This document shows, in pieces, positions 13,330-26,130 of a stretch of 64,000 nt of DNA (positions within the stretch are counted from its first letter, which is position 1; each line of letters starts with the position of its first letter). Source of the stretch: Trichinella spiralis. Taxonomy: Eukaryota. A program made the position numbers and the translations under genes. Under the pieces are notes generated by a model that saw only the letters and a list, made by a program, of their open reading frames with translations, made no database searches and was not told the DNA's origin. The DNA lies in NCBI RefSeq assembly GCF_000181795.1, contig NW_003526943.1, positions 4,965,081 through 5,029,080 on the forward strand, given 5' to 3'.

Positions 13330-13870
13330 CAGAAATACCCCGCTTAATGCTGTTTTTTGGCAAGCAGGTCACTCGTTTTTCCTTAAAGTGAGACATTTAG
13401 CTAAGCGATTTTATTACATCATGTTGCTTGGATTATTTCATTCATTCTATCAATCATTTATAGTAACTGGTTTGGATTCTGTTACTTTTTCATATATTTG
13501 ATCACATATTTTTGATATGTTCTGTTCAATATTTCATAACGACGGCCTTAGCAATGATGATTTGAAACAACTAGCAGAGCTGCGCACTGATAATCAACCA
13601 ACAGTCATGAATTCAAAAGAGGATATACCTTTGAGAAAACTCTACCAGCAAAATTCCTTAAGAACAGCGTCACCAAGATTACACATATTATGCACCTGTT
13701 CATAGAACAGAATTTGGTTAATGAGTTGCAAACAAATTCCAAAGCAAGTTGGGATGTTCTTGGAATAATATCTTGTTTTCAAGAAATTCAACATGAGAGA
13801 AAACGTAAGGAGTAGCACTTGATAGTTTCATCATCAAGAAACCAAACGTTGACCAGTGAAACGTTGGTTC
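13330..13870 (+). mobile_element. Tigger/pogo-family DNA transposon relic (TIR-like end plus transposase C-terminal fragment)
   Basis: TA|CAGAAATACCCCGCTTAATGC at 13330 resembles a pogo/Tigger TIR. The broken translation LSNDDLKQL...CFQEIQHERKRK..TLDSFIIKK matches the TIGD1-like C-terminus. A weak inverted match (GCGTTAAGTGGAGT) lies near 15173. Confidence 0.55.
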
Positions 13871-16681
13871 AATGAATAATATGAACAATAAAGTATGTAA
13901 ACATTTTTATAAAAATTTCAAATAAAGTTTGTTGTATATATTGCGACTTTTGTTAGAACAGTTGTATTGTAAGCACGTGCTATAAAGTCCTGGTACAATG
14001 CTGTTTTGCTTAAAGCTCTTTTTTCAGAAACTGAACCAGAACGTCAAACGGAGTAGGCTAGTATAATGAAAAGTAACCATAACTGCTGAATAATTACAAA
14101 ACAAATGATATGAGGAAGATTTTTTGAGAAACAATATAAATAATACTGATAAAGCAATATTTACAAAAAATAATTACATATAGCAATTCTACCACAAATT
14201 GCTAATATTCTATATAATCAGTAATAAATGGTAGAAACAATATGTTGGACAGTAAAAAAATAGCACAGCAATTATAATCGTAATTGTTAGTGATGAATAT
14301 TTAAGTAGCAAAGAAAAACAGCATTAATAGTTATTGAGAATCACTATGATTAGTTTATGTAATAAAATTGTTCATAACAATAACGGCGGGATACGGCTGT
14401 GCGCGTGATCCTTTGCCGGCGTGAAATGTTGAAAATGGTATCTCCGGGCTATGTAACTGAGGTAGCTCCTCGCCCGCATTTAAAAGCGCATATAAAAATT
14501 TTTGATAATTTTCATAACTCATGAATTTATCGATTAATGTACATGTAAGCTTTATGATCGCTTTAGATTTGTATTAAAACCAAATTTCGCTTTTTCAATT
14601 TTCTTTCGTTTTTCTCAGACGTCATTGGGTGCTTCTATACAAGTTCACTTTGAATGTAGTAGTTTTCGATAGAAATAAATGTGAAATGGAAATAAAATAA
14701 TTACACAACCCATGTCAAATTTATGTTAGTATTCTCTGTATTTATTGGAATAGTTTTGTGATATCTTTTTATACGATATATAATACAAATGGCATAGATT
14801 TTGAAAATTGTAGTAAATTTTTATTGGTTGCTTCACGAGTGCAATTAATATTGTGCAATTTAGATGTAATGAAATTTTCAATTATATGCAGCCGTGGATT
14901 TCATGAGAAATTTGCCAAAACAGCTTGTCAGAATAAATGATACTTTATAATAGAAATAAATAAATATCATTGCAAAAATTTTATATCAAAACTCATCACG
15001 CTTTACATAATATATACACTTTTTATACGCGCTATAACCTTAGCTATTTTTGGAAGATGGAAAGCGTTTTTTCTAAATTTTCGATTGTGACCGATAAGTG
15101 AATGCAAATTAGATATACGGTCTAGTATTCGATTCAACACAATTTATTGTGTTAGTTCAATTTGACGTAAAGGCGTTAAGTGGAGTTCCCGGTGTGGCTT
15201 GACTTATGACAAAGAGTAAGAATGAATTGGATTATTCTGTATAATAGCAACAGAATACATTAAAACAATTGACCAGGTATGGAGTCGCTATGCATTCTGC
15301 CACGGTAGCAGTTAAAGTTACCCTCAATGTTCCAAATGTGGTACCAGTAAGTATTGAAATTATTCTTGGTTTGGATTCTGCTACTTTTCATATATTTGAT
15401 CATATATTTTTGGTGTGTTCTGTTCAATATTTCACAACGACAATGATGATTTGAAACGACCAGCAGAAAGAGCTATGCACTGATAATCAACCAGCAGTCA
15501 TTGATTCAAAAGAGGATATACCTTTGAGAAAATTCTAACAGCAAAATTCCTTAAGAACCGCATCACCAACGTTACACAAATCATAGATCACTTCATAGAA
15601 CAGGATTTTGTTCATGAGTTGCAAAGAAGCTCCAAAGCAAGTCGGGATGTTCTTGAAATAATATCTTGTTATCAAGAAATTCAACATGAGAGAAAACGTA
15701 AGGTGAGACAGTAAACACTTGATGATTTCATCACCAAGAAACCCAACATTGGGGAATCAATGGCTTGTCCATTATGCAAATGATTATTAACATTATCAGT
15801 ATAGTAAGTAAGTGAACATTTTTATAAATATTTCAAATAAATTTTATTGTGGAAATTCTGACTTTTGTTAGAATCAATGAATGTATTGTAAGCACATGCT
15901 ATAATGTCCTGGTACAATGCTGTTTTGCTTAAAGCTTTTTTTTCAGGAACTGAACCAGAACGTCAAACGGAGTAGGCTAGTACAAAGAAAAGTAACCATA
16001 ACTGCTGAATAATTACAAAACAAATGATATGAGGAAGATTTTTTGAGAAACAATATAAATAATACTGATAAAGCAATATTTACAAAAAATAATTACATGT
16101 AGCAATTTTACCATAAATTGCTAATATTCTATTTAATCAGTAATAAATGGTAGAAACAATATTTTGGACAGTAAAAAAATAGCACAGCAATTATAATCGT
16201 AATTGTTAGTGATGAATATTTAAATAGCAAAGAAAAACAGCATTAATAGTTATTGAGAATCACTATGATTAGTTTATGTAATAAAATTGTTCATAACAAT
16301 AACGGCGGGATACGGCTGTGCGCGTGATCCTTTGCCGGCGTGAAATGTTGAAAATGGTATCTCCGGGCTATGTAACTGAGGTAGCTCCTCGCCCGCATTT
16401 AAAAGCGCATATAAAAATTTTTGATAATTTTCATAACTCATGAATTTATCGATTAATGTACATGTAAGCTCTATGATCGCTTTAGATTTGTATTAAAACC
16501 AAATTTCGATTTTTCAATTTTCTTTCGTTTTTCTCAGACGTCATTGGGTGCTTCTATACAAGTTTACTTTGTATGTAGTAGTTTTCGATAGAAATAAATG
16601 CGAAATGGAAATAAAATAATTACACAACCCATGTCAAATTTATGTTAGTATTCCTCTGTATTTTAATTTGGAAATAGTTTT
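13470..16681. repeat. Tandem duplication with a period of about 1.9 kb
   Basis: 13470-14755 recurs at about 15370-16681. For example, cgtcaaacggagtaggctag occurs at 14042 and 15961. The second copy runs into the N gap. Confidence 0.9.
15440..15745 (+). mobile_element. Second copy of the Tigger/pogo transposase C-terminal relic
   Basis: Translates in part as LQRSSKASRDVLEIISCYQEIQHERKRKVRQ*TLDDFITKK. Confidence 0.55.
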
Positions 16682-16691
16682 NNNNNNNNNN

Positions 16692-18280
16692 ATTGCAAAC
16701 TGTGCCATCAGGCACAGGACTTGGCAAATGTTTGCCATCGAATTCATCAAAAATTTCCAAGACTTGTGCATCGTCTTGCTAAAAAAATTTACAATTAACG
16801 CAAAGTACAGAAACTGAAACGCAAAGCATTTGGAAAAGCACTGAGGATAATTCTAATAAATGCATTATAAAATATTACAAATCAAAAACTCTCTATGTCG
16901 GCCACACATGCAATTCATTTTTATAAAATTTGCTGTAAAAATAAGAGAAACGCAGCAACCTTATTTTTTAGTTGCAACTTTGTGATATGTATGATGACAG
17001 AAAGACAACTGTCAGTGCAATAATTATAAAAGGATAAAAATGCAAAAGTTACAGATGAGAAAGATTATAAAATAGCTATAAAATGGACGCACAGAATTTG
17101 TTTAATTGAGATGTAAAATAGCTGAACAGTAACTATCTGAAACTAAAATAACCATAACATTTGTACGATGATTTTACCTCTTTTTGAAATATTGTTTGAC
17201 TTTATTGAAAATGAACAAATATTGTCATTATATTTTCTTGGAATCAAATATTGCTCTACTGAAAGTTTATTTGCGTTCATAAAATGAAAATATTTTTTGC
17301 TAATAATTATTGAGCATTTCAATTTTTCAATGGGGATATATTTAAACTTTTCTATTTATGAAATGAAATAATTTAATTAAGTTTTTTGAAGCAATTTTAT
17401 TGCTTATAATCTAAAACTTTTTCCAGTGCATAATATTACTTTTTAACTTCAAATGATTCTAAACTGCATATAAATGATAAATCTATATGATTATAAAATA
17501 CACCTTGTAATCATTAATCAATCAGTAATAATCTGTGATCGAGTTAAAAAAATTGCTGCAATTGCTTTTACTATTGTTGATTATAACATTATTAAGAGAA
17601 AGTGCGCAATACTCTATTTTAAAGTTATATTTTGTTGGTAAACTGAAATTAAATTAAATTTAAATAAGCTTTTTATTTAAATTTTTCAGTGATCTAATAT
17701 TGCAAGTAGTAATATTCTATAATTCTGAAGAAAAGAAAAAATTTTAGAAAAAGAAAAACAACTAAGTAGTTTATGTTCTATGTTCAAAATTAAAGAAATT
17801 ACCAAATCACATAATGAAGCCGACACTAAGAAAGCAGATAAAATCCACGCTATACTTTTAAACGCCATCTGATGATAACTGAATTAACATCTTTTGAATT
17901 TGTCTTTATATAATAAGTAATTAATTGAAACATTGCTGTTTGTTTACGTCATGTATTTACAATATGCATTTTATTAAATATAATTCACGAAGCATTTCCT
18001 TGACAAATTGTTTTTATTATGAGAAAACATTGTACTGCTACAGTTGAATAAATTCAAATACATGATAAATTTTAAGGATGCTTTACGCTTTTTGAAAAAT
18101 ATTTGCATCTAGACAATATGAAATATAAAAAAAACAGAAATTGACTACGCCATATCTCTTTTTGATGACTAAAATTATATTGTATTGCCATTTGTCAATA
18201 TACAATATTGAAGTATGCTTAATTTAAGTACGAAGCATGACTTTCTTTTGTTGGACAATCTGGTATTTTAGTTCATTTTA
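16692..18280 (+). repeat. Left arm of a large inverted repeat
   Basis: Reverse complement of about 22750-24340. The ORF track shows near-identical peptides at 17686-17868 (-) and 23171-23353 (+). Confidence 0.9.
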
Positions 18281-19949
18281 AAATTCATTTTATTTAAAAG
18301 GTAAAATAATTAGCCATGAAAAATATTTAAATTAAATGAAAATTCTTTTTAATTTCTTACCCAAAAAAATTTCACCTGTAGTTATAACAACTGTTGTACT
18401 GAAATTACATTACTAACAGTAGAAATGCTCGTCCTGTTTAAAATTGCTTTTTTTGACTTTACTTTAAAGCAGTATTTGCTCAAAATTAAGTGTACGTAAT
18501 TTTAGATTTGAATTTTTGAATGCACTTTTCAGTTTTAATATTTCATAAACATTAATAACTTGTGTTGATAAAATTACAACCATGAACATATAAATTTGCA
18601 AACTCAAGCATTTAAGTAGAATTATAAATGTATCAATATAGATGAAAATATAATAAAATATGAAAAATAAAAAAACGTACAATTGTTAAATAATTTTTTC
18701 GTAAATTTTTTGAAAAATTCAACTGATGAAATGAAATCTTTTTCTGATTCATTATAGCTATTTACCATTGCATTTTTAAATTAAAAGGGCATTGAAAGTA
18801 CTGCTTAATTGTACAATCATATCACAAATAAAAATTCATTATTTGTAAGTGCGTAAAAACTTTGCTGTTTAATTGGAAAATCAGCCAAGATGTTACTAAA
18901 GATATGAAAGAAGGATAAACTTAAATATTTTTCTAAAGTTCTTTTAAACATTTCATCAGACATTCACAAACGGTGTTATATATAGAGGACAACATTGTGA
19001 TTATGCAGTTGAAAAATGTACTCATTCTGGCCTTTTAACTTCACTTCTAATTGGACAGAGAACGCAGAGATGCAACGCAACCATTATTGTTTTTGGTCAG
19101 CGTTTCCATTCCGCTTTCAATCAGTATTGTGGCAGTGTGGCTGTTTATCATCATTTTTACTTCGTAGCTAGTGCGCTTGGCATTACAAAGATTTTATTAC
19201 ACTGAATAAAAGCAAAAACCCAGTTAGGAACAAAACTAATAAAATTGAATCAAATAGACAGGCTTCATAAGCAGGCACGTTACACATGATATCCAAAATA
19301 AATGTCCATCAGTTCAAAATTCAGTGCGCCATTTATTATGATGATTTGCTCATAATTCATCAGTTCTGCTTAAAATTATACATATAAGTAAACATAAAAC
19401 TAAACATTGAAAAGAGATGGAAAGGTAAATAACATTAAACAAATAGTTGGAAATCACCAAGGATTCATAATTAAATTATGGCACTTTAGTAAGGATGCAA
19501 TAAAACATGAACTCTTGCTGCACAAAATATTTCAAAAAGCAGTTTTCTTGCTTTAACTTCAAAAACTAGATATGAACATTGCTTCATCGTCTGGAAAATG
19601 TACATATATTCGTTTATATAGTTAAGGTTTTTTATTCACAACAAATAAACAGCAGTTTCTTGCTTATTCTAAATCAAAATGTAGAATAAAGCGGCCATTA
19701 TTAATGTACTTCCACTTTTTCACCTTCAGCTTTTCTTTGAAGAGCTTAGCACTAAAAAGCTCGCAGACAGCTATGCCAGGATTTTTTAACGTTAATTTTG
19801 TTGAATTTTTTGCCAATAAAAGGCTGTAAAATTATCGAAATTGAAAATGCTATGATACCATCAAATACAGCATTTTTCGTACTATCCAATAAAACAAATT
19901 TCATAAAAATTGAACATAGTTCCAGCTTTTTACACGTGTTTTTCTAAAC

Positions 19950-20177
19950 TAGGGTGTGCCACACCCCAACAATCCAACAACGTACCTTTTAACTTTACGA
20001 TGTTCTGTAGACGGAACAAAAATTCCTGAAACATTGCAATGTTTTTTTCAAAATATGCCTTATTGTTTCAAAAGGCATTTCACAAAGATTCAGACTATAA
20101 AATGAAAATTGACAGAATGAGTCGAAAAGAAAACCCGTTGGTGGGTGATACACCTCAACAATCCATCAAAGGGTTAA
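19950..20177. mobile_element. Possible piggyBac-type terminus
   Basis: Ends ...AAAGGG|TTAA (20173/20174-20177), with a repeated subterminal motif acacc(c/t)caacaatcca near 19961 and 20150. Confidence 0.4.
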
Positions 20178-20239
20178 TAATAAAAATATTTATAATTCGA
20201 GAATTATATTGAGTTTGTTTCACTCAAAATTTATGAAGC

Positions 20240-20870
20240 TTTATCATTCATTGAAGTTTTGTTTTTTAATGCATTATTTGTGGTGAAGTTTAACTCTTTA
20301 GTGATCATCATTTTCAATAATAATCTTTATCATTATTCTATATTTTATTGTACTAAAGTGACGTTATACCTAATGCGATAATAATAATTCAGAAAAAACA
20401 ACAAAGTGATTTTGGGATGATCCAATTCGGTCTCACTTTTCAACCCATTTTATTATTGGTCGTTGACTGCGCTATTTTATTGGGCCGTGATTTCGTTGTC
20501 TTATTGATTTTCCTTGTCTAATTGCTCATTCATTCAAACCTTTCACTTGTGATTATCAGTAATATTTTTTCATTTCATTGATTCAGATATTTTATTTAGG
20601 ATTATGTAATTTTAATAGCATTGACGTAACATTAGTAGTGAAAATTTTTATTATTCGAAAATTATATTGTCTGTTTGAAGTTTCGTCATTCATTGAAATT
20701 TTGTTTATTCAAATATATTATTTGTGGTGAAGTTTATACTTCTTCATGATCAGCATTCTCGAAAATAATTTTTATCATTCTATATTTTATTGTAAAAAAG
20801 TGACGTCATATCAAATGCAATAGTAATAATTCAAGAAAAACAATACAAAAAATAAGTTAAATAGTGATTT
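20240..20870. repeat. Diverged ~170 bp direct repeat (about 20240-20413 and 20685-20870)
   Basis: Both copies share cattcattgaa...ttatttgtggtgaagttta...ttctatattttattgta...aaagtgacgt...taataattca. Confidence 0.7.
20414..20560. mobile_element. Fragment of the MULE-type TIR family seen complete at 33774-34061
   Basis: tcggtctcactttt...attggtcgttgactgcgctattttattgggccgtga...tccttgtctaattgctcattcattcaaac is the reverse complement of sequence in 33850-34060 and 25220-25351. Confidence 0.65.
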
Positions 20871-21450
20871 TCATTTTTCACTAACCAACAGCAGCAACAA
20901 CAGTAAAGAACAACTAACAACAACAATGATAAACAACATATCAGTGAACGACTTTAAAGTGGTATTAGGGCGATTTCAAAATCACAAATTATTGTTTGTG
21001 GATTAAGAGCGACTCTGAGGATTGTCGCTTTGTTTATTAAAACTTAAAAAATATACCCGTATGTGCCAATATCTTTACCTGTACATAAACAGTAGACAGC
21101 TGGCACCAGCTTACTCACACAAAGGCAAAGATCGTAGAAAGCTGTTGATACCATTGAGGTACGATCGTGAATGTAACATCCATGCTCCAGGTTCTCCTAA
21201 TTTCTAGCAATCTAATGTTAGAACCCGTAGTAAGTACCAGTACATGTTTAGATTTACTCTGCCAAAACAAAGTCTTCCCCAGACGTCATTGTCTTAAAGT
21301 ATTTAAAATGATATTAAATGATGCATTTGAAAAGCTTCGGCGTTTTACATTTCACTGATTACAGAAGATTATTCTACTTGAAGTAATAATTTGCTTTTGC
21401 AATTTTTATTTCTTCAAGTCTATACTGATCAGCAGACTACGGTTTGTTCT

Positions 21451-21656
21451 AAACCGGGGGAATTTTTGTTTGCGCATTCCAATTGGTTGTTAAAAAATCA
21501 TTTTCCCATTGGATGATAATGCCATGAAAAGTTTCATAAGAGAACCAATATCATGGCGCCATTAGTATGAAATGAGACCCTACGCCATTATTATCCAATG
21601 GGAAAGCGATTTTTTAACAACCAATTGGAAAGCGCAAGCAAAAATTCCTCTGGTTT
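21451..21656. repeat. Foldback/MITE-like hairpin with ~70 bp arms
   Basis: 21451-21521 is an imperfect reverse complement of 21586-21656. Confidence 0.8.
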
Positions 21657-21689
21657 CGACCATCCCGGTTCCAACATCAATAAATGGGA

Positions 21690-21764
21690 AATAACGAGTT
21701 GGGGCCAGCGGACCCCACGCTATCACTAACGGTCAGATCATGCACGTCACCACCCAAGGGTTAA
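21690..21764. mobile_element. Possible second piggyBac-type terminus
   Basis: A GGGGCC-AGC-GGACCCC subterminal palindrome is followed by ...CAAGGG|TTAA (21760/21761-21764). Confidence 0.4.
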
Positions 21765-22749
21765 ATTTCCCCTAATCTAGGGAAAAGCATTTTTATTTTA
21801 ATCTGTGCAGCAGCTACGCTGCATCTGAGAAATTTTTCACATACTTTTTATATAATGTGAAGTCAGTGCATACTGCACCACATACTTATTAAACATTTCA
21901 CACTGCCCTACGCTGGCATTTCAGTATCTCTGACCACTATTATGACATAGAAATGCACAAGGCATAAATGCAAGCAATACTACTGCTAGCCTGGAATTTT
22001 TACAATGCTGCAGGCAGACGCTTTCTCAAATGGGCAACTCACTGCTTGACCCAGACAGCGAACCCTTTGATGTTGCGCAGTTATTGTTCACTCTCAACAA
22101 TAGGAATGAAAATTACGGCGGCAAGTGAAAACGGATAATTAACAATGACTATATTTCAGCAGAGCATATGCGGTACTAGAGCAAGATAATGGACACACCC
22201 ATAATGGAGTGAACTTGAGATGAAAAATAACTGTCTCTGCTTTTAGTTTTGTTTGGTAAAATGATTTCAAAATCCAACAGATTCTTTTTGATCTGGAATG
22301 CTGAACATTTGATTATCATCGTAATACAACAATTGCAACTTGAATGTTTAGTCAACCCAGTAGCCAGTTTATTTTAAATATTGAGAAACAAATTTAATTC
22401 AATTTACAAAAAATGTATAAACACAGATGGCTATTTTAAATAAAATCCGATATTCTTATTTTTTTAATTTAAAATAAACATAAGAAAAAACAATAACTCT
22501 TGTGAACGGGTGCTAAAGAAACTTGAAAGAAAGCAAAGATAAGATTCTCATCGAAACCAGAAACATTTTCAGAGAACACTACAGGTGAAATCAGAAAATA
22601 TGTCGATGCTAACATTCAGCAATCACAATCTTACTTTTAGCCGAAAACTGCAGCTGTTGACAATTTATAAATTTTAGATTTTCCCTTTGTACTTGAATAG
22701 CCTTTAGCTACTCAGAAGAACAATATCTGACAAACAGAAAAGAAAACAA

Positions 22750-24340
22750 TTAAAATCAAAGTAAAGCACCAGATTGCCCAGGAAAAGAAAGTTATGCTGC
22801 GTACTTAAATTAAACACACTTCAATATTGTATATTGACAAATAGCAATACGATATAATTTTAGTCATCAAAAAGAAATAGAGAGAAGTCAGTTTGTGTTA
22901 TTTTTAATCTTTCATATTGTTTAGATGCAAATATTTTCAGAAACGCATGAAGCATCCTTAAAATTTATCTTGTATTTGCATTTATTCAACTGCAGCACTG
23001 TAATGTTTTCTCATAATAAAAATAATCAGAATAACTCAAGGAAATGTTTTACGAATTATATTTAATAAAGTGCATAATGTAAATACATGACATAAACAAA
23101 CAACAGTGTTTCAATTAATTATACATCATATAAAGACAAATTCAAAAGATGTTATTTCAGTTATCATCAGATGGCGTTTAATAGTATAGCGTGGATTTTA
23201 TCTAATTTTTTAGTGTCGGCTTCATTATGTGATTTGGTAATTTCTTTAATTTTGAACATAGAACATAAACTACTTAGTTGTTTTTCTTTTTCTAAAATTT
23301 TTTCTTTTCTTCAGAATTATAGAATATTACTACTTGCAATATTAGATCACTGAAAAATTTAAATAAAAAGCTTATTTAAATTTAGTTTAATTTCAGTTTA
23401 CCAACAAAATATAACTTTAAAATAGAGTATTGCGTACATTCCCTTAATAATGTTATAATGAACAATAGTAAAAGCAATTGCAGCAATTTTTTAACTCGAT
23501 CACAGATTATTACTGATTGATTAATGATTGCAAAGTGTATTTTATAATCATATACATTTATCATTTATATGCAGTTTAGAATCATTTGAGGTAAAAAGTA
23601 ATATTATGCACTGGAAAAAGTTTTAGATTATAAGCAATAAAATTGCTTCAAAAAACTTAATTAAATTATTTCATTTCATAAATAGAAAAGTTTAAATATA
23701 TCCCCATTGAAAAATTGAAATGCTCAATAATTATTAGCAAAAAATATTTTCATTTTATGAACGCAAATAAACTTTCAGTAGAGCAATATTTGATTCCAAG
23801 AAAATATAATGACAATATTTGTTCATTTTCAATAAAGTCAAACAATATTTCAAAAAGAGGTAAAATCATCGTACAAATGTTATGGTTATTTTAGTTTCAG
23901 ATAGTTACTGTTCAGCTATTTTACATCTCAATTAAACAAATTCTGTGCGTCCATTTTATAGCTATTTTATAATCTTTCTCATCTGTAACTTTTGCATTTT
24001 TATCCTTTTATAATTATTGCACTGACAGTTGTCTTTCTGTCATCATACATATCACAAAGTTGCAACTAAAAAATAAGGTTGCTGCGTTTCTCTTATTTTT
24101 ACAGCAAATTTTATAAAAATGAATTGCATGTGTGGCCGACATAGAGAGTTTTTGATTTGTAATATTTTATAAGGCATTTATTAGAATTATCCTCAGTGCT
24201 TTTCCAAATGCTTGCGTTTCAGTTTTCTGTACTTTGCGTAATTGTAAATTTTTTTAGCAGACGATGCACAGTCTGAAATTTTGATGATCGATGGCAACAT
24301 TGCCAGTCTGTGCCTGATGCCAGAGCAATTTTTCCAATTC
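22750..24340 (-). repeat. Right arm of the large inverted repeat
   Basis: Reverse complement of 16692-18280; ends at the 24342-24940 N gap. Confidence 0.9.
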
Positions 24341-25219
24341 TNNNNNNNNNNNNNNNNNNNNNNNNNNNNNNNNNNNNNNNNNNNNNNNNNNNNNNNNNNN
24401 NNNNNNNNNNNNNNNNNNNNNNNNNNNNNNNNNNNNNNNNNNNNNNNNNNNNNNNNNNNNNNNNNNNNNNNNNNNNNNNNNNNNNNNNNNNNNNNNNNNN
24501 NNNNNNNNNNNNNNNNNNNNNNNNNNNNNNNNNNNNNNNNNNNNNNNNNNNNNNNNNNNNNNNNNNNNNNNNNNNNNNNNNNNNNNNNNNNNNNNNNNNN
24601 NNNNNNNNNNNNNNNNNNNNNNNNNNNNNNNNNNNNNNNNNNNNNNNNNNNNNNNNNNNNNNNNNNNNNNNNNNNNNNNNNNNNNNNNNNNNNNNNNNNN
24701 NNNNNNNNNNNNNNNNNNNNNNNNNNNNNNNNNNNNNNNNNNNNNNNNNNNNNNNNNNNNNNNNNNNNNNNNNNNNNNNNNNNNNNNNNNNNNNNNNNNN
24801 NNNNNNNNNNNNNNNNNNNNNNNNNNNNNNNNNNNNNNNNNNNNNNNNNNNNNNNNNNNNNNNNNNNNNNNNNNNNNNNNNNNNNNNNNNNNNNNNNNNN
24901 NNNNNNNNNNNNNNNNNNNNNNNNNNNNNNNNNNNNNNNNGCAAAGTTTCAAGGGAACGTGCACTCAGTGGGTTTAGGTATAATAATATTGATAACAATA
25001 TAATAATGGTATTCTGGAATCAATAGTGGTAATAAGGAAAGATTTCTGCACAGATTGTATATTAAAATAAACAAAATATCAATTTTTTTTTCATGCTTCA
25101 ATCAGTCTCGATTCAGGGGGGGGGGGGGAAAAAAAAAAGGGGGGGGTATTGGTACCCCCCCACTATTAAAGGTGCGTAATCCTAAACCGAATAAATGAAC
25201 CAATGAAATGCAAAAATAT

Positions 25220-25351
25220 CACAGCTAATCTCAAGGAAAGATTTGAATCAATGAGCAGCAAGGAAAACCAATATGACAACGACTTGACGACCCAATAAAA
25301 TAGCGCGATCAACGACCAATAAGTGAAAAGTGGGACCGGTCTGGACTATCC
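25220..25351. mobile_element. MULE-type TIR fragment (same family as 33774-34061)
   Basis: tttgaatcaatgagca...aaggaaaaccaatatgacaac...aataaaatagcgcg...gaccaat...gaaaagtgggaccg matches the right part of the 33774-34061 element. Confidence 0.65.
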
Positions 25352-25379
25352 TGGATATCAATGGCACGGGAGAAGGCGA

Positions 25380-26130
25380 AGCAGACTTTCCGTATTCAAG
25401 GCCGCCGCCGCAGAGCTGCATCATCTGTAGCAAGCCTTGGATACGGACTGCATCCAGAGAGAGCTCATCAAGAATCGAATCCGTTGGTTCCTGAACTGTT
25501 CATCAGTACATCCTTGAACGATCCCCCTGGATGGGTGGCTACTGGGAGCGCCTGGTCTGCTCAATGAAGTAGTCACTGAGAAAGGTTTTAGGAAGAGATA
25601 TGCTCGACGAGGAGGAGCTGCAGACGCCGCTTTGTTAAGTTGAAGCGACCATTGACAATCCTTGAAGAAGACAGAGTTTCCCAGCCGCTGAGTCTTTTTC
25701 AGCTGCTCACCGGCATAGACTACGCTGACCTTCCGGCGACTGAAGACCGCGATCCGGATTGGCGGCCTTCAAGGACCAACAGTTTGCAGTAGACGGTCAG
25801 ATGGAGATATCGACAGCAGTTGATAACCAAGTGGTGGCGTAAGTGAAGATCCAGCTATCTCACCACTCTGCTCTCTCGACGAAAGTGGGGAGGTACGCAA
25901 GTCAGCCCATAGACTGATGTTCTAGTACTGATCCTCGAAGACAACCTTCCCCAGACGCGTTGCCTGATCAGAGTGATTTCCCAGCTGTTCCCTGGTCGTG
26001 ACGGGGTGGTCAGAGCCTTGCGGATTCTGACTTCCAAGGAAGAAGTCACCAGGCTGGTCGCCAAGTTGGTGGTGTTGGAGCCAGCCAGCGTAGCCAATGG
26101 GGAAGAAGATTCCTTATCGCGGGGGAAGAT
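25380..26130 (+). mobile_element. BEL/Pao LTR retrotransposon relic: integrase C-terminus and DUF5641-like domain with stops
   Basis: Broken translation ERSPWMGGYWERLVCSMK*SLRKVLGRDMLDEEELQT...WRYRQQLITKWWRK..SYLTTL..RRKW...LILEDNLP...ISQLFPGRDGVVRALRILTSKEEVTRLVAKLVVLEP, followed by the polypurine tract GCGGGGGAAGA. Confidence 0.85.

Noticed and set aside
14385..14480. U1-like words (GGAGATACCAT, GATCACG, GGGCGAGG) on the minus strand, or a tRNA call
   Set aside because: The words are not collinear with U1, there is no ACTTACCTG 5' end, and there is no T-loop GTTCRA consensus.
24219..25026. ORFs of 236-259 aa in the track (also 45361-45567)
   Set aside because: They are open only because they run through N gaps.
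25116..25160. G and A homopolymer run as a possible G-quadruplex or regulatory tract
   Set aside because: Close to a contig end, and it looks like low-quality homopolymer sequence.
20414..25351. Two oppositely oriented MULE TIR fragments as the ends of one 4.9 kb element
   Set aside because: The flanks share no 9 bp TSD, and the interval crosses an unrelated inverted-repeat arm and a gap.
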